From positions 11,700 through 75,699 of the forward strand of contig PBMO01000024.1 of the NCBI GenBank assembly GCA_002722595.1: DNA of 64,000 nucleotides, written 5' to 3'. The position numbers were made by a program, and so were the translations under genes. Origin of the DNA: Methanobacteriota archaeon (GTDB lineage: Archaea; Thermoplasmatota; Poseidoniia; Poseidoniales; Thalassarchaeaceae). Under the pieces are notes generated by a model. That model was given only the letters and a program-made list of their open reading frames with translations, was not told the origin of the DNA and did not search any database. This document shows positions 36,601 to 45,014 of the stretch, in pieces (position 1 is the stretch's first letter; the number at the start of each line of letters is the position of its first letter).

Positions 36601-39017
36601 CAAGCAGTATCTCCATGCACTGAGATGTCCTGCACAGCAGGTTCTGTCCAAGGCGAGGATTGATTTGTTGCAGGCAGAGGATAAGACATAGAATCAATGA
36701 AGACTCGGTCAGCCCCAATTGTCGACGGACTCGCATCCTTGGAGTATTCCAATACTATTGAGTGGTTTCCAGAAGTTACGGGAATGGTTACAACTCTCCA
36801 ACCCGCCACATTAACAGCTACATCGGCACTTACAGAACCATCAACGTAAATGTTCAATTTATCGCCTGTGTCACTAGAATCAAATGCACATAATTTGAGG
36901 TACCCGTCACCTGTTTCGACATCGATAGTGATTGCCGAGTGTTCTCCATCAGCAATTGTTTCATTGGCGTTTGTATTATAATCTCCAAGATTTGAAGATG
37001 CAGAACCGAGCCCCATCCATCCATCAACAAAGCCAGAAGTTAGGGGAAGTTGACTCAACTCACTGTTATTTACAAATGACCAATTTCCACTGCTGGACTC
37101 AGTCTCATTCCACACAAAAGAAGTGCCATTTTCGAACGATTCGAAATGGTGATCAGATTCAACCCTCCACTCACACCCAAGATAATTGTTGGTATTTGCT
37201 ACAGAAGTATCGGATTCAGCAGTAGTGGGCGCCTGTTGTGCGTCCGGATTCGCTGCAAATGAGATCTGTGAAGCACTTTGATAAACATCTACCTTGCCAT
37301 TTCCTAAAGTTCCTAGATTATTGTCGTCTCCCCAACACCATAATGTGCCATTTGTCACAATTGCACAGGCAACTCGCGTCCCGAGGTCTATTTGCTGAAT
37401 ATCTAAATTGGACGCACTACCAACAAGCGCAGTGGGCTGTTTAAAATATTCAGACTCAGTAGATTCATTGGACAAAACTTGGCCAACATTCTTCCCCCAA
37501 CAGTACACCTTTCCATCTTCAACTAAGGCACAGGCCCGTGAATTATCAAGGTCCATACCTCCAACATAATTGGCATGTTTCCCTCTCAATTCCCACCAAG
37601 CATCCTCTCCACCAGTATTGGTAGGGGGCTCAATAGTTTCAAAATCCCCACGAGTAATAAGGTAGTCATTAGAAGAACCATGATCGATCGATGGGCTCGA
37701 AGGCTCCACAATTTCAATCCTCATGACATTAGTTTCTCCAGTAATTTGGTCAATTACTTGGAATCCTCTTGATACATTCTCCCACCATCCGAATACCTTG
37801 TAATCTTTTACATCCATAACTCCATTTGGAGTTCCGGAAATCACTCCAGTGGTGAGATTGAAATCAACACCATCTGGTAAGACTGGATAGGCATTAGGGT
37901 ACGGATCCTTTTGCCAACTTCTCGCATCTGTCAGATAATTACTTTGCCACGACTGAGAATAATGCAAATTTCCAAAAGTAAAATAACGCAATTCATCAAT
38001 GGTCCCATCAAAACCATCTGCAAAAATACATTCATTACCTTGACCCCATGTCATCATACCAGTTCCTACCTCTTCAGGATTGGTGTTGTTCACCACAGAA
38101 AACGTTCCAGAAGAACTAGATGCATTATCGACAAAAACTTGAGTTTGCAAGTGTTGACCATTTTTTTGGCGATGATAACGAAGCCCAATGTAGTTCCATT
38201 CTCCAACATCAACAGTATCCATATTAACAGTCCCGAGTGTACTTCCAGCCTTGGTTCTGTAAATCGTACTTTCATCTATTTCACCAATGTGGTTTGCACC
38301 CCAATAGTAGTTCACTTGCAGATATCCATCGGCCATAAGATTGACAACGATTGCATCAAAGGTACCATTGGGATTCATTATTTCACGCTTGAACAATTGT
38401 CCTCCAAGAACATCAGGTTTGAAAAATCCAGCAAAACCGTTGGAATATTGATGCCAGTCAGTACCATGGGGCTGGCAATTACCTGCAGTTAGGTTGGAAC
38501 CAGCGTAACCACTCAACTCATATCCCTGACGCCAGTAACCATCCATTGCCCAATTCGTAACTCCATTGCTGATTAGATCATCAGGAACATGATCTGATTG
38601 TACATCATCACCTTGATCGACACGTCCTGGCGTATCGAAATTCCACCAATGCGACCCCATCATGTCATGATTCCAAGTCCTGCTCCAGCTAGGAAGTACG
38701 CTGGTTAGTCCATCAGCGGGCTCTATCGAGAAACCACTCGGTGTTGCTGTACCGAGAAATGGGAACATGATTGGGCTAAATTGAGTCGCCATAGTTGTGC
38801 CATTAACTAAGGCATTAGCACCCGTCATCGACATTGCACTTCCAGCATAAAAGATGTACTGGGGCGGCTGCCCTCCACTAGTCATTTGCATCTTGGTTGC
38901 ATTTTCGAGCCGATAACTCTCGTCAGATGCAGTATTTTCTTCGGGCAAAAACCCAGTCATTGGCATTAGAATCATTAGCAATGCTAGGTAAATCGCTTTC
39001 CACTTCATACGGGACAC
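33645..39017 (-). CDS. Giant surface protein: LamG-like, putative-Ig, RCC1 repeats, TSP3-like repeats, TM, EF-hand
   Basis: FDGTIDELRYF; LPDGVDFNLTTGVISGTP-type motif twice; CWGSNANGQLGVG; DSDGDGVMDNADLCP; FDAIDTDGDGEISDEEW. Confidence 0.85.
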   Translation of the reverse strand: MSRMKWKAIYLALLMILMPMTGFLPEENTASDESYRLENATKMQMTSGGQPPQYIFYAGSAMSMTGANALVNGTTMATQFSPIMFPFLGTATPSGFSIEPADGLTSVLPSWSRTWNHDMMGSHWWNFDTPGRVDQGDDVQSDHVPDDLISNGVTNWAMDGYWRQGYELSGYAGSNLTAGNCQPHGTDWHQYSNGFAGFFKPDVLGGQLFKREIMNPNGTFDAIVVNLMADGYLQVNYYWGANHIGEIDESTIYRTKAGSTLGTVNMDTVDVGEWNYIGLRYHRQKNGQHLQTQVFVDNASSSSGTFSVVNNTNPEEVGTGMMTWGQGNECIFADGFDGTIDELRYFTFGNLHYSQSWQSNYLTDARSWQKDPYPNAYPVLPDGVDFNLTTGVISGTPNGVMDVKDYKVFGWWENVSRGFQVIDQITGETNVMRIEIVEPSSPSIDHGSSNDYLITRGDFETIEPPTNTGGEDAWWELRGKHANYVGGMDLDNSRACALVEDGKVYCWGKNVGQVLSNESTESEYFKQPTALVGSASNLDIQQIDLGTRVACAIVTNGTLWCWGDDNNLGTLGNGKVDVYQSASQISFAANPDAQQAPTTAESDTSVANTNNYLGCEWRVESDHHFESFENGTSFVWNETESSSGNWSFVNNSELSQLPLTSGFVDGWMGLGSASSNLGDYNTNANETIADGEHSAITIDVETGDGYLKLCAFDSSDTGDKLNIYVDGSVSADVAVNVAGWRVVTIPVTSGNHSIVLEYSKDASPSTIGADRVFIDSMSYPLPATNQSSPWTEPAVQDISVHGDTACAIASAKLYCWGSNANGQLGVGDRQSRYYPTRVHVDETVNFIDVEVYTSRVCALDSDGDLWCWGGTSNTPANGHNESNWLATYGGSIAGDYSKTKQNEVPIKVSFSSAYTDVEITDFDLDNNGVCVIGNDRTDSASIVVRLWCWGEGHDRQNNPSSSTDTYSDNVNHIDFTDHASGYSLTIDSNSVPVTVAKSDSGTCVLFEDNLVRCFGANKGGWHALNWKGVGNDEDYKSVTGMYVAKLSGSESYNIRSTICLEIEGELAPYCGGEGNNYLTGIAASNTNDHGLQMVSANPPGKNNGVLPPGMTFNATSGVISGTPTTTQHEPLELTLYSWNGGGYDSSEFNLSVWDRPELVVGSQGITSEYWQSTPTGQAVFKGRPVNFTVEFTSERPITTYEWIIEKYDVNEGTVEYYNQTDVYEGFTGWDRMPNSNNFSTNLLPTGNLLIILRAIDDIGGTSVQVVQVLEILESDDDGDQVPIWNDLCPTENALNYDDYTGIGSSETGADGCIDNADEDQFYDPDDSCPDEFAAPEYDAYVGDGTGVLGADGCLDDTDRDSVTEDIDQCLNTPFSEHAQVNIQTGCGPSERDTDGDGYKDIADQCPGTPGNESVNEFGCGGSQLDSDGDGVMDNADLCPDSPLSSSVDMDGCAPSEKDSDGDSINDEIDVCDTTPPGSEINLVGCAEGDAVTDDNDMDGVADIYDNCPFTPASDVVDSQGCGLSQKDSDNDGVPDSNDDCPGTPGYDVVTTDLVGCGSTQRDADDDGVSDANDQCLNTPFGAEVDLLGCTAGLSDADNDGVVDILDACPNTVEDLNVNVNGCANYQLDSDGDGITNDLDRCINTKANTPVKTNGCAIEGDTITDDGDGDGVIDEFDICPNTLKAQRSIVDAQGCVLSSGIAEKESKDYWAIGAFVIALMIAVGLTMMALMRRKAAERSAWERSEAGDVMFDAIDTDGDGEISDEEWEAYKEYRDAENLDDAPSDDDDWLS

Positions 39018-39086
39018 CTACGGTGTCCCCGTCGAGAGGGCCAAATATAATACCCGCTGTTATTTTCAAAAACAGGCCAATTTCAG

Positions 39087-42000
39087 TCAATCAAACAAAT
39101 CGTCATCATCATCTAACAAATCATTCATGTCAGGCAATGCATCCTCGGGATCAATTTCGAAATCATCATCGTCATCTAACAAATCAGGCAGACTTTCACC
39201 TTCATCTAGGTCGGCGGTGGAATCACCATCATCATCTAACCAACTATCATCGTCATCAAGTACGGACGAATCATCATCCCAATCGTCCATATCATCGTCA
39301 GAATCGCTAGTAATATCATCATCATCAAGTTCAGCGAAGATGTCGTCCGCAGTCAACTCTTTCTTCTCGTTCTTCTTGCTTGATTTCACCTTCTTTTCAG
39401 ACGGCCTAACCTCGTCATCTTCCTTCAATTTCCAACGAACTGCAATTACGAGCCCTGCAATAATTATCGCGATGAGTACACCAATAATAATCGCCCAGGT
39501 ACTCAATGACATAGAATCACCACCGCGCTTTATCGCACCATCTGATTGAATACAAGCTTCATCTACATCGCTTGCATCAGTCCAGTCAGTTCCTGCAATT
39601 TGCTCTTCCTTGTCTCGACACCCATCACCATCAGTATCTCTTTGCGAGGCGCCACAGCCTGATTGATTTGGAGACTCATCAATAGGTGTATCTGGACAGA
39701 TATCAAGCCCATCATGAATCCCATCGAAATCAGAATCAGCATACTCTGAAGGAGCACAACCATTCTCATCTATTTGGTTTAGAAGGTGAGATGGTGTTGA
39801 ATCACACTGATCATCTACATTATTCAACCCGTCACCATCTAAATCCATGTCAGAATCGCATCCGTCAGGGATTCCATCACCATCGACATCTAATCGGTCA
39901 TCATGTCCTTCACAATCATCTGCTGCGTTGGGTACCTGATCACCATCTCTGTCTTCATCCATGACATCACAGATGTGATCGCCATCAAAATCAACCGGGG
40001 TGTCAGAATTATCCAAAGGATTGCTTCCACATAGACTTTCTTCAGTATCAGACCAAGTATCTTGGTCATCATCTTCATCAAGATTATCACCAGTACCATC
40101 ACCATCAGTATCAACACTTTCGTTTTCATCAAGAGGGAACGGGTCATCGACATCAAGAACACCATCTCCATCATCATCTACATCAGCAACATTGCCAATA
40201 CCATCATTGTCTGTGTCTTCGTATTCAGTAGGATCTAAGGGCAATGCATCCCAGGTATCTGGCACACCGTCCCCATCATCATCAGTATCTGTGTTGTCTG
40301 GTTCACCATCGCCGTCCGTATCCATCAAACAATCAGCAGCTGAAGTCGATGCCGGGCCCAATGTTGAGGCACCATTAGGGCAAGGAGTTGGGGCAGTATT
40401 GCCCAAACCAGCAGCATAAGTTCCAATTGGGGCATCAGTACAACCTGTTGCACCCACCCAATCTTGCCAAGTTCCTTCCGGACAAAGAGTTTGACTGACC
40501 GCTTCACTTAGGGCTACGAAATTCCCCGGATCAGCAGACAAGCAAGTGGTGCGCCGATAATTTGGTTGATATGTTCCCGGTGCACAATCCTGTTCCCAAA
40601 TACTACCATCATTGCTTGTGTAATGGCCGGGACTTGTATCTACACAATCATCACTTGACACCGACCCATAATTTGGATTGTACGTACCTGCAAGACAGGG
40701 CGTGTCATCGAGTGCCCCATAGACGTCAACGTAATGCCCACGAGCAGCTTGAGTTGGTTGCGCTTGTCCCGTAGTTGGGACATAAAATCCGGGCTGTGCC
40801 TGTTGACATGCTGTTGCACTTTGGGATGCAGTGTTTGGATTGAATGTACCTGCAAGACATGCTTGTTGAGAAGTTGCTTCATATCCGGCAACATAGTGAC
40901 CTGGGCTTGCTGGTGTTTGAGTTGTACTTGCCATTTGATTGACATAGTAACCAGGTTCTGCAGATAAACAGGCATCTGAAGAACTAGAAGCATTTGCTGG
41001 ATTGTAAGTACCTACGCCACACCTTATTTGTGCCGTTGCCCCGGTTCCTTCCACATAATGTCCTGGCGCCGCAGGGATTTGGACAGCACTAGCCCCACCT
41101 GGGACATAATAACCCAAATCGGCAAGAACACAATCTGTAGAATCCGTCGAACCGTAATTTGGATTGTACGAACCAGCTAAGCAGGGCGTCTCTGTGGTTG
41201 CCCCAATTTGATCCACATAGTAACCAGGTCCGGAGGTGGTTTGTTCAAAACTCGCAGGATTGGTTACATAATGACCCAGAGATGCTGGTATACAAGCAGA
41301 CGCGCTCCCAGACGCATTGTCTGGATTGTACGTGCCTGCCTGACATGGCGTTGGTTGTGAAGCGCCGACAGTATCGACATAGTAGCCACGACTAGCAGCT
41401 GTTTGGGTCGTAAGAGCCTGTTGAGGTACGTAGTGTCCTAGATCGGCTAACATACAAGCAGACGCATTTGTAGACCCTGAGTTTGGATTGTATGAACCCG
41501 CCTGACAAGGCGTTGGTTGTGATGCACCGTGCGTATCGACATAGTAGCCAGCCACAACTCCAATTTGCGAAGTACTCGCAGAGTTGGGGACATAGTGTCC
41601 AGGATCTGCTAGCATGCAAGCAGACGCGTTCCCTGAGCCATTGTTTGGGTTGTATGAGCCCGCCTGGCATGGCGTTGGCTGTGACGCACCGTGCGTATCG
41701 ACATAGAAACCAGCAACGGCTTCAATTTGCGCAATACTCGCAGGATTTGGTACGTAGTGTCCAGGATCTGCTAGCATGCAAGCGGAGGCATTATCGGAAA
41801 CAGCGTTCGGATTGTAGGACCCCGGCAAACATTGAGTTTGTGTGACCGAACCATTGACATCAACATAATGCCCAGGGGTTGCATCTAAACAATCGGTTTG
41901 TCCCGTCCCTGGTTGATAAGTTCCAATCAGACAAGCCGTCTGATTATCTTGTCCGGGCGTATCGACATAATGTCCAGCATCAGCGTCTATACACGAAGTC

Positions 42001-43616
42001 TGACCCATCATCGACTGGTATGTTCCATTGGCACATGGCACTTCAGAAATAGCGCCAATAGTATTGACATAATGTCCTAGAGACGCCTCAACACAATTGG
42101 CTTGTGTGGTATTTGGTTGATATGTTCCAACCGAACATTCGATTGCGACCAGATTCCCACTACCATTTGCATAGTGACCAATCGGAGCCTCTTCACAAGA
42201 ATATCTTCCAAAGTATCCTTCATCACATGCTGTGGTTAGAACAGGATTGTTCGGGAATTCATCCTCAGGACTTGCAATTCCATCTCCGTCTTCATCACCA
42301 GGCATGTTTGTGTCATACACATTGAGCACACCGTCTCCATCTCGATCTCGCTCTGATAGAACAATTGATTCACTCAAAGGAGCACCAATTGGTACCAGTG
42401 AGTCATTTCCAGTTCCATCACCAAGCTGGTCATGTTGATTGTCACCCCAACAGTAGGCATCACCGGAACTGCCTACGGCACATGTATGGCTGATTCCAGT
42501 AGTCAAAGAAACAGCACCTAATGAGGTGTTGGTTTGCACATATTTCGGTATATTTGAGTGTGAAGTAGAGTTGTCTCCCAATTGTCCATCAGCATTGTTT
42601 CCCCAGCACATTATAGTGCTATTTTCAAGCAATCCACAAGTGTGTCGCTCACCAGTTGCAATGGCTGTTACATTTGCATCAATGGTGATTTCTGTAGGTC
42701 TATTTTGACTCTGCACAGTCCCATCACCTAATTGGCCACGATCGTTCCAACCCCAGCAGTGTGCTTTGGCATCATCGAGCAGAGCACAAGTATGCTCTCC
42801 TCCTGCAGAAATGGCCACGGCTCGCTGGACATCAAAGTCGATGCTAATTGGAATGTAACTATTGTTTGCGGTACCATCTCCAAGTTGGCCCTGGCTATTG
42901 TATCCCCAACACATCATAGTGCCATTGTTGGTTAGAGCACATGTGTGCGAATCACCTGCTGTTAATGACACTGCAGACACATTTTGCCCAAGATCCACCC
43001 AAACGGGTGCACTGCTAGAATTAACAGTACCATCACCTAGTTGTCCATGATTGTTGTATCCCCAACAATTTACGGATGCATTATCAAGAATGGCGCAACT
43101 ATGCGTTTTTCCAGCAGCAACTGCGATACCCAAGCGCTCTCCAAAGGATATTGTCGTTGGTGGGGAAGGCACAGTCAAATTCGCACTTTGGCCTGATTGC
43201 CCATAGAGATTTTGTCCCCAACAGGCAACAGTTGCATCATTCATCACAGCACAAGTGTGATAGTTACCAATTGCAACACTAACTGCTGAAGGTTGATTGT
43301 TCAATCCTGAAAAATCAACAGCACCGCCGGAATTGCTACCGAGTTGTGAGAATGCATTTTGTCCCCAACAATTCAAACTTTCATTTGTAATTGCACAATT
43401 GTGCCTTCCTCCAGAAGCAAAAGAGTCGTCAGTAAAAATGGAACCTGAAACAAACCCAGGAGCATTCACACCGTCTGTATGTTGTATAATTCCGTCTTGT
43501 TCGAGCCCATTATTTTCAATCGCAATCGACAAACTCATACAGATTAGAATCAATCCGAGGACAAATCCACGGAGCACACTTGTATCTATTTTCATATTTG
43601 GCCATAATTTAATCAT
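39087..43616 (-). CDS. Giant surface protein: RCC1 propeller, Cys-rich GCC2/GCC3 (ephrin-receptor-like) repeats, TSP3-like repeats, TM, acidic tail
   Basis: Seven HTCA...CWG.N..GQLG repeats; C..GTYQP..GQT.C...PGHYV repeats; DTDGDG repeats. Confidence 0.88.
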   Translation of the reverse strand: MIKLWPNMKIDTSVLRGFVLGLILICMSLSIAIENNGLEQDGIIQHTDGVNAPGFVSGSIFTDDSFASGGRHNCAITNESLNCWGQNAFSQLGSNSGGAVDFSGLNNQPSAVSVAIGNYHTCAVMNDATVACWGQNLYGQSGQSANLTVPSPPTTISFGERLGIAVAAGKTHSCAILDNASVNCWGYNNHGQLGDGTVNSSSAPVWVDLGQNVSAVSLTAGDSHTCALTNNGTMMCWGYNSQGQLGDGTANNSYIPISIDFDVQRAVAISAGGEHTCALLDDAKAHCWGWNDRGQLGDGTVQSQNRPTEITIDANVTAIATGERHTCGLLENSTIMCWGNNADGQLGDNSTSHSNIPKYVQTNTSLGAVSLTTGISHTCAVGSSGDAYCWGDNQHDQLGDGTGNDSLVPIGAPLSESIVLSERDRDGDGVLNVYDTNMPGDEDGDGIASPEDEFPNNPVLTTACDEGYFGRYSCEEAPIGHYANGSGNLVAIECSVGTYQPNTTQANCVEASLGHYVNTIGAISEVPCANGTYQSMMGQTSCIDADAGHYVDTPGQDNQTACLIGTYQPGTGQTDCLDATPGHYVDVNGSVTQTQCLPGSYNPNAVSDNASACMLADPGHYVPNPASIAQIEAVAGFYVDTHGASQPTPCQAGSYNPNNGSGNASACMLADPGHYVPNSASTSQIGVVAGYYVDTHGASQPTPCQAGSYNPNSGSTNASACMLADLGHYVPQQALTTQTAASRGYYVDTVGASQPTPCQAGTYNPDNASGSASACIPASLGHYVTNPASFEQTTSGPGYYVDQIGATTETPCLAGSYNPNYGSTDSTDCVLADLGYYVPGGASAVQIPAAPGHYVEGTGATAQIRCGVGTYNPANASSSSDACLSAEPGYYVNQMASTTQTPASPGHYVAGYEATSQQACLAGTFNPNTASQSATACQQAQPGFYVPTTGQAQPTQAARGHYVDVYGALDDTPCLAGTYNPNYGSVSSDDCVDTSPGHYTSNDGSIWEQDCAPGTYQPNYRRTTCLSADPGNFVALSEAVSQTLCPEGTWQDWVGATGCTDAPIGTYAAGLGNTAPTPCPNGASTLGPASTSAADCLMDTDGDGEPDNTDTDDDGDGVPDTWDALPLDPTEYEDTDNDGIGNVADVDDDGDGVLDVDDPFPLDENESVDTDGDGTGDNLDEDDDQDTWSDTEESLCGSNPLDNSDTPVDFDGDHICDVMDEDRDGDQVPNAADDCEGHDDRLDVDGDGIPDGCDSDMDLDGDGLNNVDDQCDSTPSHLLNQIDENGCAPSEYADSDFDGIHDGLDICPDTPIDESPNQSGCGASQRDTDGDGCRDKEEQIAGTDWTDASDVDEACIQSDGAIKRGGDSMSLSTWAIIIGVLIAIIIAGLVIAVRWKLKEDDEVRPSEKKVKSSKKNEKKELTADDIFAELDDDDITSDSDDDMDDWDDDSSVLDDDDSWLDDDGDSTADLDEGESLPDLLDDDDDFEIDPEDALPDMNDLLDDDDDLFD
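41270..41830 (-). repeat. Intragenic tandem repeat, 162-bp (54-aa) unit, 3-4 close copies
   Basis: TAGTGTCCAGGATCTGCTAGCATGCAAGC at 41593 and 41755; unit CMLADPGHYV...GASQPTPCQAGSYNPN...NASA. Confidence 0.88.
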
Positions 43617-43646
43617 TCAATAAAACCTCCCCGAATAAATAGAGTA

Positions 43647-44963
43647 TTAATCCCCATCGAACATATCTAACGTTGAAGCAAGGGCTGCAATTTCCGCCCG
43701 TATCTTCTCTTTTTCTCTTGACTGTAATGAGGTATCCAAAAGTTGTTGCTCTAACCATGCAATTTCTGAACGAACAGTGTCTCTCTCTTCCCGATGTACT
43801 TGATCAGCTCGAGCCATTTGCAGTCGCGCAGCATGTTGTCGCGCCTCTTTCCTTCGAACTCGCAGCTCACGATTCGCACCCTTGTAGGATGGTTGTGCCT
43901 TCATCTCGATACTAACTGGGAATGGGATAATGATATCCTCTTCATCAAATCGATCAGAAATCGCTTGAAGAATCCAATCCCGTGCAGGCCATTCATCAGA
44001 ATAGTCAGAAATCCAAGTATAGAGACGGAAATCTCTAGAATATTCACCAAGGCGAATTAGCAAAGCACGAGGCGAGGGATCTTCTAGAGTGTATGGACAA
44101 CTTTTCGCAACTTCAATCAATATTTTCTTGATATGAGGCGGGTCTTCACTATAATCCACTCCGATGTCTACTAAGAGATTGAGTCGCTTTGGGACACCAT
44201 CCCCCCCACCACGGGCTTTATTCAATACAGTATTGGATACTAGAGAATTATTTGGAATAATTACTAGTTCTTCTGACCATGTCAGCAATTTCGTTGAGAG
44301 AATTCCAGATGAGATTACTTTACCCTCGATTCCATTGACTTCAATCCTGTCACCCACATCAAAAGGCCGATCCATAGCCAACATAAATGAATTCAAAATA
44401 TTTCCAAGGGATTGTTGCAATGCCAACCCAGCAATTAGGGAAAACACCGCAAATGATGCAAATATCCCGGACAACTCAATCCCAAACTCATTGACAATTA
44501 GGAAAATTGCCACAGTCCATGCGAGTGAACGCATCAAACCACTCAGGAACACATTCCGACCAGTGACCGATACCCCACTTTCATTTGACTGAATGTAAGC
44601 CATCATTGGTGGAACGACAACCTTGATTGTGGAACTTATGATACTGGTCATGAGAACAATATATGCGATATTCAGCAAGTAATTGACCTGAAGCAAGGTT
44701 TCGGGGGACAACCATGAGAGGGATAAATTTACACAGAAAACCATAGTGAAAACTTCAGTTCTTTTTGAAATAGGGACAAATAGGTCATTGTCCCACCCTA
44801 CCTCAGTTTTGTTGACAAATAGCCCAATCCTCTTGAGAATGACAAATTTAAGTAGGACTAACAGTCCTAAAGTTAGACCAATACATAGCCCAATTTGCGC
44901 ACCAGCGCTTAACTCATCGGCCCAATTTATCACAAAGTCGACTTCATCCAATAGACTTGACAT
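43647..44963 (-). CDS. MscS family mechanosensitive channel
   Basis: GLALQQSLGNILNSFMLAMDRPFDVGDRIEV, VIIPNN, IGVDY, IPFP. Confidence 0.92.
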   Translation of the reverse strand: MSSLLDEVDFVINWADELSAGAQIGLCIGLTLGLLVLLKFVILKRIGLFVNKTEVGWDNDLFVPISKRTEVFTMVFCVNLSLSWLSPETLLQVNYLLNIAYIVLMTSIISSTIKVVVPPMMAYIQSNESGVSVTGRNVFLSGLMRSLAWTVAIFLIVNEFGIELSGIFASFAVFSLIAGLALQQSLGNILNSFMLAMDRPFDVGDRIEVNGIEGKVISSGILSTKLLTWSEELVIIPNNSLVSNTVLNKARGGGDGVPKRLNLLVDIGVDYSEDPPHIKKILIEVAKSCPYTLEDPSPRALLIRLGEYSRDFRLYTWISDYSDEWPARDWILQAISDRFDEEDIIIPFPVSIEMKAQPSYKGANRELRVRRKEARQHAARLQMARADQVHREERDTVRSEIAWLEQQLLDTSLQSREKEKIRAEIAALASTLDMFDGD

Positions 44964-45014
44964 GGCCCCATCTCTGATGGGGCGGCCCCGATATTGATTC
45001 AAATGCGTTTTGTT

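Noticed and set aside
37911..38492. Long antisense or alternate-frame ORFs (e.g. 37911-38492, 10454-10978, 55233-55766, 50919-51359)
   Set aside because: They lie within well-supported genes and show no recognisable motifs; treated as shadow ORFs.
39087..42230. Repeats resembling a CRISPR array or microsatellites (TCA runs, 162-bp units)
   Set aside because: They are in-frame coding repeats (poly-Asp, TSP3-like, Cys-rich) without unique spacers, and no cas genes are present.
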